A stretch of DNA of 64,000 bases. Origin: Dehalococcoidia bacterium. GTDB lineage: Bacteria > Chloroflexota > Dehalococcoidia > Lucifugimonadales > Lucifugimonadaceae. Below, in pieces: positions 1 through 9,942 of this stretch (position 1 is its first letter; every line of letters begins with the position of its first letter). The stretch lies in NCBI GenBank assembly GCA_965203345.1, contig CBDBCK010000027.1, positions 87,044 to 151,043 of the forward strand. The letters are read 5' to 3'. The notes beneath the pieces are model-generated. The model saw nothing but the letters and a program-made list of their open reading frames with translations, ran no database searches and was not told the origin of the DNA. A program made the position numbers and the translations under genes.

Positions 1-1
1 A

Positions 2-1729
2 TCGGGGCTTGTAAAAACTCCGCGCATTGTGGTGCGTGATGACGCTTTGGTGGACCCGAAAACCTATAAATCTCGTCTTTATCATATATACAGCGACTCG
101 GAAGTCAAAGATGACCTGAGCCGCCGTAAGGCCGAACCTCACGAACCATTACCTGCTCTGGTAACAAACGCTTATGCTTTGCTGGGAGCGGATTGGGAAA
201 AAACGAAAGACAAGTGGGCTAGGCGTGAGACGCCTCCGGTAATGATCACAGTGGCAAACAGCACGGAAACGGCAGCGCGAATCAAACACACGTTTGACAA
301 CGGGGGCATATTAGTTGATTCGCTGTGTGAACCCGAGGGTATCCTGCATATTGACTCAAAGGTGTTAAAACAAGCCGAGGATAAAGAACCGGAGCCGCAA
401 ACTGTTAGAGCGAGAGACGAGGAAGGTAAAGGAACCCGGAAAGTAACTCAAAAAAAACGGGCCGACATTCTGCGTGAGCAGGTAAACACGGTCGGGCAGG
501 AAGGCAAACCCGGTGCTCGGATACAGAATGTCATCTCTGTGGGGATGCTGTCTGAAGGTTGGGACGCGCGAACGGTTACCCAAATTATGGGTTTGAGGGC
601 CTTTACAAGCCAGTTACTTTGCGAGCAGGTTATCGGGCGCGGGCTTAGGCGGGCATCTTATGAAGTTAACGAGGACACGGGACAGTTTGATGCGGAGTAC
701 GTCAATGTGTTTGGTGTGCCGTTCAGCTTTCTTCCACACGAGGAGACCGACAGTTCCCCGCCACCGCCCAGTCAGAAAATCACCATACAGCCGGTTGACG
801 AGAAAAGAGGATTTGCCATTAGATGGCCCAATGTCATCAGAATAGAGAGGACTTATAAACCGGAACTTTGGGTTGAGTGGGAAAACGTTAACCCATTGGA
901 ACTTGATGCTTCACAAACTGTGGCAATCGTGGAAATTGCCCCAACAGTTAACGGGGAGCCGGATCTTTCTAAAATCACGGATATAGATCTTGAAGAGTTG
1001 ACGAAGAAATTCCGCAAACAGAAAATGATTTTCAGTTCTGCGCAAACTGTTTGGAAAGAGATGAAGCCGAACTGGAAGGCTTCCGAGGCCGTACTGATAG
1101 CGGAGCTTGTACGGCTTACAGAGCAGTTTCTTGACTCGGATCGTATCCGGATAGTGCCCGAGCTTTTCAATCAGAATGAAAAGCGCAGACAGTTTGTCAT
1201 AGCGCTCAACATGGCCAAGATGATCCGGCATTTCTGGCAAGCCATAGATTTCAATAATACCGAGAGAACCGCGCTTGTTTTGGACAGCAACCATCCCATC
1301 CGTTCAACCAACGATATGCGCCCATGGCGAACCGGAAAACCCTGTGAATTCACCAGGAAAAGCCACATCAATCGTTGCGTTTTCGATAGCACCTGGGAAG
1401 CGTCCGAGGCGTTTGAACTGGATAGAAACAGAGAGGTTTCGTCCTGGGTAAAGAACGACCATCTAGGTTTTGAAGTGCTGTACGTACACAATGGCGTGGT
1501 CAGAAAATACCGCCCTGATTTTCTCATCCGAATGGAATCTGGGGAGTACCTAGTGCTGGAAACAAAAGGGCAACAGACCGAGCATGACGACACCAAGCAC
1601 AACTATATGAAAGAATGGGTCAAAGCCGTCAGCGAACACGGCGGATTCGGCCAGTGGCGGTTTGAAGTGTCCAGAAGGCCGGCGGATATAAAAGACGTTC
1701 TTGCAAGGAAGACGAAGGTTTATAGCTAA
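2..1729 (+). CDS. Type III restriction-enzyme-like helicase/nuclease (Res-type), C-terminal ~575 aa; 5' end lies outside the window
   Basis: The frame is open from nt 2 (SGLVKTPRIVVRDD...), so the listed Met at 29 is internal. SF2 helicase motifs V/VI (ISVGMLSEGWDARTV; QVIGRGLRR) are followed by a C-terminal PD-(D/E)xK signature (YRPDFLIRMESGEYLVLETKGQ). Confidence 0.7.
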   Translation, partial: SGLVKTPRIVVRDDALVDPKTYKSRLYHIYSDSEVKDDLSRRKAEPHEPLPALVTNAYALLGADWEKTKDKWARRETPPVMITVANSTETAARIKHTFDNGGILVDSLCEPEGILHIDSKVLKQAEDKEPEPQTVRARDEEGKGTRKVTQKKRADILREQVNTVGQEGKPGARIQNVISVGMLSEGWDARTVTQIMGLRAFTSQLLCEQVIGRGLRRASYEVNEDTGQFDAEYVNVFGVPFSFLPHEETDSSPPPPSQKITIQPVDEKRGFAIRWPNVIRIERTYKPELWVEWENVNPLELDASQTVAIVEIAPTVNGEPDLSKITDIDLEELTKKFRKQKMIFSSAQTVWKEMKPNWKASEAVLIAELVRLTEQFLDSDRIRIVPELFNQNEKRRQFVIALNMAKMIRHFWQAIDFNNTERTALVLDSNHPIRSTNDMRPWRTGKPCEFTRKSHINRCVFDSTWEASEAFELDRNREVSSWVKNDHLGFEVLYVHNGVVRKYRPDFLIRMESGEYLVLETKGQQTEHDDTKHNYMKEWVKAVSEHGGFGQWRFEVSRRPADIKDVLARKTKVYS

Positions 1730-1824
1730 AGCGATAGTGGTGATATCTACTATAGGATGAAGTTTCAAGGTGATAGAAATGGACAATTAGCCTTACGTGG
1801 TAGATCACCAGCGAGGCTGAATAT

Positions 1825-3489
1825 ATGCTGATAAAGGTAAAAACAGTACTGAAAAGTTTGCCGATTCTGCCGGTGGCATTTAGGTTCTTCGTTCGACGAG
1901 CGAGGAACTGGTTGGCAAAGAGAGATTTGTTGTACCGGATGAAGCTTTTGCAAGCACAGACCGACAAGCTGCCTAAGCTTGGCAATGAAGAAGTGGTGCG
2001 TCTCGTATTGTCCGGTAAAGATCCGGACGTCTTGTCTGAAATTGCACAGTCCAGGCTTACATTCATCCGCGATCAAATGTTGGAGCGCGTTGGAGAACCA
2101 GACAGGGCGCCGAACGTGGTAATAATCCTTGCGGATGATCTGGGTTGGGATGAAGTAGGCTGTCTGAACAAGCAGGTAAAGGAGACGCCTTCACTAGATG
2201 AGATGGCGTCGTCGGGCGTTTTGTTTGATCGTTTCTACTCGGCGTCTCCCATATGCTCTCCTACCCGCGCCAGCGTATTGACCGGTCGAGTGCCAGCGCG
2301 GTCGCGTATGACTATGTCCTCTGTACTTCCAGAAGAAGAGATAACCCTTCCCCAATGTTTGAGGGCTTTAGGGTATCGGACGGCACATTTCGGTAAATGG
2401 CATATAGGCTTCTTTGAAGATCCACCTTACACCTTTGCGAGTCTAGGAGCCCCCAGGGAGGCCTTGCATCATCTGAAAGATCGAATGACAAGCGCACGCT
2501 ATACCCCGGGCAAAGCCGGTTACGAACAGTGGCTTTCTGTAGATATAGCACAACACAAGAACGAGTACGGGATATGGCGCTTTTCGGAGCTGGACTATGT
2601 AGAGCAGGCAAACGGAAAATTCATAAAGACTCCCGGACATGACGGCTTCGTAGATGATCACTTTACGGACGCAGCATCTGCTTTTATGGAGGATTGTGTA
2701 AAGGAGAAGAAACCGTTTATGGCGATGTTATCTCTCAGAATGCCACACGTATTTTTTTATGAGGATAGGGTCACTATGGGATATTCAGGCGGTGAAAAGG
2801 TATCCCTTCCGGAGAAATATCGCTGCTTGAGCAGCTCGCAGCTGTACCCCGAGGTAGTTAAGGCTATTGATGATCAGGTTAAGCGGATAAGGGACAAGTT
2901 GCGTGAGTTGAGAGTGGAAGACGACACCTTGTTGTGGTTCATGAGCGACAATGGCCCTGAGTATCAGCTATGGGGGCGAGAAAATCATAATGCCTTGGCT
3001 GGTGGGAAATTCGCTCACTATGACAATGGCACACGCGTCCCTTCCATCGTTGAATGGCCTTCGGGGGCTTCCGCTGGACTGACGTTGTCCGACCTGTCCA
3101 GCACTTGCGACGTGCTGCCTACAATTTTGGAGGCCGTCGGGTATCGGCTTCAAGGTAGAAATGTTGATGGGGAGAGCCTGCGCTTCTTCAAGGGAGACGT
3201 ACCTGCTGAAATCAGGAAGCCGCTCGTCATATTTGATGACCATGAACAGAAATGGGCTAACGTTCTAGACGGCAACGATAAGCTCACGTTATTTTTTGAA
3301 TCAGAAGGCGGCTATTTCCCGCGTCACTCCGAAGACGCAGCGCAGATAAAGCTGTTTGACATGTCGCAAGATCCTAAAGAGGAGAACGACCTTCTAGCGG
3401 AGAGGCCTGATCGCGTCTCCGCGATTAGGGAGATATACGATGCTGCCGTCTCTTCAATATTGGATAGCAGGCGAGGTTTGGACTATTAG
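1825..3489 (+). CDS. Sulfatase (formylglycine-dependent arylsulfatase family)
   Basis: N-terminal metal-binding block NVVIILADDLGWDE and the C-x-P-x-R formylglycine motif (SPICSPTRASVLTGR). No signal peptide. The start is uncertain: Met85 at nt 2077 (MLERVGEPDRAPNVVIIL) would give a typical N-terminus. Confidence 0.85.
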   Translation: MLIKVKTVLKSLPILPVAFRFFVRRARNWLAKRDLLYRMKLLQAQTDKLPKLGNEEVVRLVLSGKDPDVLSEIAQSRLTFIRDQMLERVGEPDRAPNVVIILADDLGWDEVGCLNKQVKETPSLDEMASSGVLFDRFYSASPICSPTRASVLTGRVPARSRMTMSSVLPEEEITLPQCLRALGYRTAHFGKWHIGFFEDPPYTFASLGAPREALHHLKDRMTSARYTPGKAGYEQWLSVDIAQHKNEYGIWRFSELDYVEQANGKFIKTPGHDGFVDDHFTDAASAFMEDCVKEKKPFMAMLSLRMPHVFFYEDRVTMGYSGGEKVSLPEKYRCLSSSQLYPEVVKAIDDQVKRIRDKLRELRVEDDTLLWFMSDNGPEYQLWGRENHNALAGGKFAHYDNGTRVPSIVEWPSGASAGLTLSDLSSTCDVLPTILEAVGYRLQGRNVDGESLRFFKGDVPAEIRKPLVIFDDHEQKWANVLDGNDKLTLFFESEGGYFPRHSEDAAQIKLFDMSQDPKEENDLLAERPDRVSAIREIYDAAVSSILDSRRGLDY

Positions 3490-3533
3490 AGATTTGACGA
3501 ATGGGGGCAGATATAGGTAAAGGGCGCCTGGCC

Positions 3534-4676
3534 TTATGCTTCGCTTTGTTGCCTACGTTCCCAGCCGGGTTTGAACATGCGCAGAAAACGGTTCTTTCCG
3601 TAAGGGTATTTCTTCGCCTCCGCCTCGTTCAAGGTTACCCCTAGTCCTGCAGTGTCGGGTATAGAGAGACGACCACTTTTGACCTTCTCCCACCCTACAA
3701 GGACGTCTGAAGTCCAGGGTTCTAGAAAGTCGTCAAAGCATTCTTGTATGAATATATTCTCAGTAACTGCGCATATTTGAAGAGCCGCCATAGTTTTCAG
3801 AGGGCTTTCTGCGTTGTGTATCGCCAATTGAGCCTGGAACGATTTGGCTAATGCCGCTGCTTCTAGAGACGGCCATATACCACCTAACTTGAGCGGCTCC
3901 GGATTAATTATGTCTCCAACTCGTGCGGCCAATAGTTCCCTTACCTCTTGGATAGAACCACACCGCTCGCCTGCGATTACTCTAACTGGTACGCGACGAG
4001 AGACTTCCGCCAAAGCCTCCACGTCTGTGGAGAAAACGGGGGTTTCAAGCCAGGTGATGCGATACTTGTCGAACCTTGTCCCTATTTCAACGGCGGTGTT
4101 TATGGAGAAGCGGTCGTGCGCTTCTATCATGATGTCTGTATCTTCGCCTACCGCTTCTCTAACTGCGGCGACGATGCTCTCTGCAAAGCGCGCTTCGCTT
4201 CTGCTCATGGACTGATACGCGCTGCCGAACGGATCAAACTTTATAGCTGTATAGCCAGATCGGGTTACCGTTTCAGCCAGCCGCGCAAACTCTTCAGGAG
4301 AGCGCTCTCCCGAGTACCAACCGTTTGCATAAACCCTTACGTCGTCCCGCACCTTACCTCCGAGTAGGCGCCATACGGGAACCCCCAGGCTCTTACCCAA
4401 CAGATCCCAGCAAGCCATCTCAATGCCTGACATAGCGTGAGTTATACGCAGGAAGCCCGATAGGTAAAGGTCGTACCATATCGAGCGCAGCGCCCTTGGG
4501 TCTTTGCCTATGACTAGATGCTTGACCTCCTCTATACCTGCAACTACGGAGGCCGTCTCCAGTCCGGCAGTCGCTTCGCCGAGTCCGGTTAGGCCTTGGT
4601 CGGTATCAACGGTTACGAATATCCAGTTCTTCCATGGATTGCCTACAACGGTTGTCCTGATATCGGTTATGAGCAT
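3534..4676 (-). CDS. Enolase-superfamily enzyme (mandelate racemase/muconate lactonizing family, acid-sugar dehydratase-like)
   Basis: N-terminal capping domain (VTVDTDQGLTGLGEAT). Barrel metal-ligand blocks are IKFDPFG, MIEAHDRF and WLETP. 380 aa is a typical length. Confidence 0.85.
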   Translation of the reverse strand: MLITDIRTTVVGNPWKNWIFVTVDTDQGLTGLGEATAGLETASVVAGIEEVKHLVIGKDPRALRSIWYDLYLSGFLRITHAMSGIEMACWDLLGKSLGVPVWRLLGGKVRDDVRVYANGWYSGERSPEEFARLAETVTRSGYTAIKFDPFGSAYQSMSRSEARFAESIVAAVREAVGEDTDIMIEAHDRFSINTAVEIGTRFDKYRITWLETPVFSTDVEALAEVSRRVPVRVIAGERCGSIQEVRELLAARVGDIINPEPLKLGGIWPSLEAAALAKSFQAQLAIHNAESPLKTMAALQICAVTENIFIQECFDDFLEPWTSDVLVGWEKVKSGRLSIPDTAGLGVTLNEAEAKKYPYGKNRFLRMFKPGWERRQQSEA

Positions 4677-4794
4677 GATCTTTTATAGTATGTGCAGTAG
4701 CAGGCTGTAGGCCATTAGAGGTAAGGGTGTTCCTATCTTAGTGGCTATGGTCTGTTTTGTTTGGGGGCAACGTCCCGTGAAGAGCAAACAGCCA

Positions 4795-5553
4795 TTATAT
4801 TGTACGTATTGAGCCTCGTACGGCGGAGGCCTCGTCGCTTATAGCCCATGCAAACACCTTGGCTACGTCTTCAGGACTTGCCAGTGCATGTAGCTTTTCT
4901 TTTAGGCTTCCCTCTTGCTCCTCCATTTCGTGACTGGTTCGGACTTGAGCAGTTTTGAGAGGGGTTGCGACCTGCCCGGGCAGGATATCTACTACACGTA
5001 TATTTTTGTTCTTAATGCGCGATTGCATAACCATTGACAAGCCGTGTACTCCTCCCTTGGAGGCACCGTAGGCGAAGGAGGAAGAGCCTCCAAGGACGCC
5101 GGCGCCGGATGACGTGAGCACTATGACGCCGCCTTTGCTAGACATAAGGCGTGCAGCTTCTCGCACAGCTAGAAAAGAACCTCGTAGATTGATAGCGATT
5201 ACTCTATCCCAAGTCTCTATGGGGAACTCCTCCAGGTGCTGAGACGCTCCTTCTAATATGCCTGCTAGATGTACTAGCGCGTCTATACCGCCCAGAAACT
5301 GAAACGCCTCCGCGAAGGCATCTATGACCGACTGTTCTTCAGCTATGTCGGTCTTTATGAAATTGGTCTTGGCGCCGACGTTTCTTATCGCGGTTACCGT
5401 CTCAAGAGCGCCCGCTTCGTTGATATCAAGCAGGGCAGTCTCTGCGCCGCTTTTGCCCAAGAGCAGGGCAGTTTCGCGACCTATTCCGGTTGCAGCTCCT
5501 GTAACGACTATGCGCTTGTTCTTCAGAGAGGGCAAGAAGACGTCTTTGTTCAT
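4795..5553 (-). CDS. Short-chain dehydrogenase/reductase (SDR)
   Basis: Rossmann motif VVTGAATGIGRETA and catalytic YGASKGGV (YxxxK). Its start lies 2 nt downstream of the stop of the upstream (5556..6419) ORF, suggesting an operon. Confidence 0.85.
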   Translation of the reverse strand: MNKDVFLPSLKNKRIVVTGAATGIGRETALLLGKSGAETALLDINEAGALETVTAIRNVGAKTNFIKTDIAEEQSVIDAFAEAFQFLGGIDALVHLAGILEGASQHLEEFPIETWDRVIAINLRGSFLAVREAARLMSSKGGVIVLTSSGAGVLGGSSSFAYGASKGGVHGLSMVMQSRIKNKNIRVVDILPGQVATPLKTAQVRTSHEMEEQEGSLKEKLHALASPEDVAKVFAWAISDEASAVRGSIRTI

Positions 5554-5555
5554 TT

Positions 5556-6419
5556 CTAATCCCAGCTTATTCCGGCTTTATCCGCCGCTTTTCGTAAGCC
5601 GTCCGCGGCAAGAGGCACGTCTTTATCGGGTAGATGCTCTATAAGAACGTGTGCGTCTGGGTAGACTCGTTGCATACCCTGGAGAAAAGCAGCTTGATCC
5701 AGCATAGCCCCCGGTGAACCTATTATGGTTTCCTCAAAGCTCGGCAGAAGGCTCTCGCGTATAGTGAAGTCCTTGGCGTGGGCTCCTATGATTTTGTCAC
5801 CCAGTAGGCTGTAAAAACGTTCTATCAGTGCTTTATTGTCGTATGCATCTTCCAGTGACCCTATGAAGTTTACTGGATCCATGTTGAAGCATAACGCCTT
5901 TGAATCTACAGCGTCTATCAGGTCTTTCATCCTCTCCGGCGAGTATATGGGGCACACTATACCCCCTTCGGTTGCCAACCGTACTCCCTCGTTTGCGGCG
6001 ACGGTGCAAACTTTCTTGGTTGAGTCTACCAGACGGTCGAAAGTCTGTTCAGAGAAGTTTTCTGGGTGCGGAAGCCAAGGGCCTTTTGGATTCAGGCTGC
6101 CAGGACGCAGATAGGTATTAGGCGAACCAAGCCTGGCCGTAAGGTTTATCATCCGCTTCAGCGTCTTGACGGTGGCCGCTCGTTCCGCTTCGTCTTCGGC
6201 GATGAGGCCACCGCCGTAGTTTCCCACTGTCTGGGGAATAGGGAACCCCCGGGAGCTGTATAGTGACTTGAGCCGTTGCACCAGTTTATCCTCGATGTTC
6301 GATGGATTGTCAACCCTTATCTGAACCGTCTTGAAGCCTAGCTCTACCGCTTTATCAAGGACGTGTGTTGTTATCTTTCGGCAATCCCCGTTGACTAGAC
6401 CTGCTACACCTAAAAGCAT
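5556..6419 (-). CDS. Sugar phosphate isomerase/epimerase (xylose-isomerase-like TIM barrel)
   Basis: Overall resemblance to the AP-endonuclease-2/xylose-isomerase-like fold (recalled pattern). It is the first gene of the minus-strand operon 6419->3534. No sharp motif was seen. Confidence 0.55.
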   Translation of the reverse strand: MLLGVAGLVNGDCRKITTHVLDKAVELGFKTVQIRVDNPSNIEDKLVQRLKSLYSSRGFPIPQTVGNYGGGLIAEDEAERAATVKTLKRMINLTARLGSPNTYLRPGSLNPKGPWLPHPENFSEQTFDRLVDSTKKVCTVAANEGVRLATEGGIVCPIYSPERMKDLIDAVDSKALCFNMDPVNFIGSLEDAYDNKALIERFYSLLGDKIIGAHAKDFTIRESLLPSFEETIIGSPGAMLDQAAFLQGMQRVYPDAHVLIEHLPDKDVPLAADGLRKAADKAGISWD

Positions 6420-6698
6420 GTTTTCTCCATCTGATATTAGTCGTTACTGTGACTCTAAAGATTTAACAGACGTTTATTCAACGTATGACGCCGAAACCTC
6501 GCGACGTTTAGCGGTGCATATAGCGCGCTGATAGCATTTAATCATATTTGAACCCTTTACGAGTTGACGTATAAAAAGATTTGCTCAGGATTTCTGAATG
6601 ACTGCCCTAAATTTAATAGATGCCTTGTTGCTACCAGTAGTTTTATGGCAAAGACGGGTTAACTGGGACGACGTTTTCAAGTGCCATAGAAAGATTTA

Positions 6699-8102
6699 AT
6701 GACGACGACTCATACCGATTCGGAGAAGATAGAGGCGGATAGTTTTGAGAGTATCTCCGTGCGAGTCCACGAACAACTTGAAGAAGTTGAACGTCTTATC
6801 AAGGAGAGTAAAGCGGAGGAAGCCGCATCTGTACTTAACCAGATGCAGGCGGCCGATCTGTCAGAAACTATCCTTTCAGTTCCTCATAAGTTTCGGAGTG
6901 AGCTGCTGGGATATATAACAGATGCTTTGCTTGTGGAAGCACTTGAAGATATGAGTCCGGAGTACGCTGCGGAAATGGTCTTTATGCTGGATGAAGAACG
7001 GACGCCCCTGATGCTGGATAAGGTCTCTTCCAAAACCGCCGCTGATATCCTTCGTGCCTCCGACTGGGACAAGGCAAGCTGGGTGCTTGCACGTATGTCT
7101 TCCCGTAAGGACTTGGGCGAGCTGTTAATGTACGCTGATGAGGACGCTGGCGGCATAATGGACATCTCCATGCAAGTATTGCGGGCACACTGGAGTACGC
7201 CTTACGCTATAAACGTGTTGAGAATGTCCGAACGAGGCAAAGAGGACTTAAGCCATCTTTTTGCGTTAGACGATGAAAATAGAGTAGTTGGCCGCCTCGA
7301 TTTTCCAGATTTGGTCTTTGCTTCGCCCGGTTCTACTGTAGAGGACGTTATGCGGAGAGATTTTGTCTCCGTGAAGGCCGGAACCGACCAAGAAGAAGCT
7401 GCGTTGCTCGCCCGGCGCTACCATATGCCAAACCTGCCTGTAACAGATGACGAAGGAAGGCTGGAAGGGGTGATTTCTGCTGAAGACCTTCAGAAGGTAT
7501 CGGCACAAGAGGCCACAGAAGACATGTATCTGATGGCGGGAGTGCAGGCCGGTGATAGGGTGGTAGGCCCCATAGCTACCTCAATACGCAACCGCTTGCC
7601 CTGGCTTATGACTAACATAGTTGCGGTAAGCATAGTGGCGATTTTCCTGACCCTCTTTGCAACTACTCTGGATACAATTTCTATCCTTGCTGTATACCTT
7701 CCTATGATAATGAATCAGGCAGGGGTAGCGGGGACACAGGTTACAACGTTAATAGTGCGGGGGTTGGCCGTAGGGGAAGTCTCAACGCAGAATACTTTGC
7801 GACTTCTAGGCAGAGAGTATATGGTTGCGGGTGTAAACGGACTCATGGTTTCATTGGCTATGGGGGTGCTCGTAGGTCTCTGGCGTCAAGATGTTTACTT
7901 AGGCGTGGTGATTTTCGTAGCAATGCTCATATCGTACTTTGTAGCTGCCTCCGGGGGTGTGTTGATACCGCTGGGGATGAAGAAATTCAAGGTAGATCCT
8001 GCTACTGCCTCCGGAGTGGTGCTGACAATGTTTACTGATATGGCTGGGGGAATTGCTTACTTGGGCTTGGCGACGGTGTTCATTGAGTTGTTGCGAAAAT
8101 GA
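6699..8102 (+). CDS. mgtE: Magnesium transporter MgtE
   Basis: Acidic N-domain, a CBS pair (MPNLPVTDDEGRLEGVISAEDL) and a C-terminal five-TM domain ending ...FTDMAGGIAYLGLA. Confidence 0.85.
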   Translation: MTTTHTDSEKIEADSFESISVRVHEQLEEVERLIKESKAEEAASVLNQMQAADLSETILSVPHKFRSELLGYITDALLVEALEDMSPEYAAEMVFMLDEERTPLMLDKVSSKTAADILRASDWDKASWVLARMSSRKDLGELLMYADEDAGGIMDISMQVLRAHWSTPYAINVLRMSERGKEDLSHLFALDDENRVVGRLDFPDLVFASPGSTVEDVMRRDFVSVKAGTDQEEAALLARRYHMPNLPVTDDEGRLEGVISAEDLQKVSAQEATEDMYLMAGVQAGDRVVGPIATSIRNRLPWLMTNIVAVSIVAIFLTLFATTLDTISILAVYLPMIMNQAGVAGTQVTTLIVRGLAVGEVSTQNTLRLLGREYMVAGVNGLMVSLAMGVLVGLWRQDVYLGVVIFVAMLISYFVAASGGVLIPLGMKKFKVDPATASGVVLTMFTDMAGGIAYLGLATVFIELLRK

Positions 8103-8175
8103 AGATAAAGAGTGATTGTCTACTGATTCCGCGGGTATGTTCAGACCTAAGAGGTAGACGTCTATAAAGTTGCCG

Positions 8176-9702
8176 TTATCCGTCTCCTGCTGAAGGAGCG
8201 AATCCTGCGGCCACCGTTCGGCGCTGTATTTTGCCGGTAGCTGTGCGAGGCAGAGAATTGGTTACGTATATTACGTCTGGTACTTTGAAGTCAGCGAGCT
8301 TTTCTCGGCAGTGGGTCTTCAGCGTCTCTTCAGTCATGCTTTCCCGCAAGACTACCGCTGCGCGCACGCACTCACCATACTTTTTGTCTGGAACGCTGAA
8401 AGCGACGGCTTCCAGAACGGAAGGATGCTGTTTCAATACCTCGTCTATTTCCAGTGGTGATATCTTCTCCCCTCCCCTGTTGATCAGCTCCTTTATTCGA
8501 CCTGTGAGGGTGAGATATCCGTCCTCCGACAGAAAACCTTGATCACCTGTGCGGAACCATCCATCTTTTATAGCGTCTCTGGTTGCTTCAGGGTTGTTCC
8601 TGTATCCCCCCATCACGTTTTCCCCTCGTATGACGATTTCGCCCTTTGTATTTGGAGGTAAAATGCTCCCTTGCGACTCCATATCCATGATGGATATTTT
8701 CACGCCTGTTGCCGTTCCGACTGATCCAGGCCGTCGTTCACCTGGCGGTAAAGGGTTTGTGGACATTTGATGTGCTGCTTCGGTCATCCCATAAGCCTCA
8801 AGGACTGGGGCATTGAATCGATTTTCCAATCCCTTCAGCGTTTCTGTAGTTAGTGCGGCTGAGCAGGAACGTATGAATCTAAAACCGGAACGGGGAGCCT
8901 TGTCGTCATCTGCCCTCATAAGCAAGACTTGATGTATAGTTGGCGACGCAGAGTACCAAGTAGCACCGGTGGTCTGCTGAAGTTGCCAGAAGCGGCTCGC
9001 AGAGAAACGTGGCGGCACAACGATAGCGCCGCCCGTCGATAAGGTTGACAGAGCCGCGCCCATAAGGCCATGCACGTGGAAAAGAGGCATGACTATCAGG
9101 CTTTTATCTTCCACGCTCAGGGAATAAGACTTTGCGACGTTGAGTAAAGAAGCGACGATATTCCGATGGCTTAGAGGTACGCCTTTAGGACGAGACGTCG
9201 TGCCTGAAGTATGAAGCAGTAACGCAATATCATCCGGTGCTGGAGGTATGGGGTCGGCGGATCCTGAAAGTTGCCCGCCGTTTCTTGATAGCACAATGAA
9301 AGAATCGTCCGTCGCACTAACCTCAAGAATATCGACTCCCAATGAAGCCGCCGCTTTCTTTGCTTCTTCAGCTTCCGAATCCAGTATTACAAGCCTGCAG
9401 TCTGAATCCTCAATGTAGAAGCGGAACTCATTTTCGGTATAAGCCGGATTGAGAGGAGCAGCAACAGCACCCGCCCGCGTTACCGCCAAGAAACACGCCA
9501 TGAAACGGATGCTGTTAGGCAAAACTAAAGCTACGGCATCTCCATGCCTTACGCTCAGCAAGGCGAGTTGCGATGCCAAACGTTCAACCTCGTCAGATAA
9601 GAAGGCGTAGGAAAAGGCGGAGCAATCTTCTGTGATTATCGCTGTTCCATGCGGATTTGAAGAAGCGGCTTTAGAGAATATACTAGGGACGGTGTCTGTC
9701 AT
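8176..9702 (-). CDS. AMP-dependent acyl-CoA synthetase/ligase
   Basis: AMP-binding motif LLHTSGTTSRPKGV, plus GWFRTGDQG and GRIKELINRGGEKISP. Confidence 0.85.
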   Translation of the reverse strand: MTDTVPSIFSKAASSNPHGTAIITEDCSAFSYAFLSDEVERLASQLALLSVRHGDAVALVLPNSIRFMACFLAVTRAGAVAAPLNPAYTENEFRFYIEDSDCRLVILDSEAEEAKKAAASLGVDILEVSATDDSFIVLSRNGGQLSGSADPIPPAPDDIALLLHTSGTTSRPKGVPLSHRNIVASLLNVAKSYSLSVEDKSLIVMPLFHVHGLMGAALSTLSTGGAIVVPPRFSASRFWQLQQTTGATWYSASPTIHQVLLMRADDDKAPRSGFRFIRSCSAALTTETLKGLENRFNAPVLEAYGMTEAAHQMSTNPLPPGERRPGSVGTATGVKISIMDMESQGSILPPNTKGEIVIRGENVMGGYRNNPEATRDAIKDGWFRTGDQGFLSEDGYLTLTGRIKELINRGGEKISPLEIDEVLKQHPSVLEAVAFSVPDKKYGECVRAAVVLRESMTEETLKTHCREKLADFKVPDVIYVTNSLPRTATGKIQRRTVAAGFAPSAGDG

Positions 9703-9942
9703 TTTGGCGTGTGTGTTTTGCAGGATTAGTTATTTTTTTGAACGTCCAAATCGGACTATTCCTGCTTCAATCATATCGCGTTTATTGAGGCGTACATCCC
9801 GCGGACATAATCCTTCTCCTGTAAGTAGAGGGATTATGGGTAAGGGGAGAATGACTTGTTCAGCAAATCTACGGAATTCGGATAAGATAGTGTTGTTATA
9901 TATGAGAGGTTTCAGTTGAGAACATGAAAGGAAAGATGAGCC

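Noticed and set aside
6420-6698. M-box (Mg2+) riboswitch upstream of mgtE
   Set aside because: I looked for the conserved M-box core elements and could not recognise them by eye. No claim is possible without an Rfam/Infernal scan.
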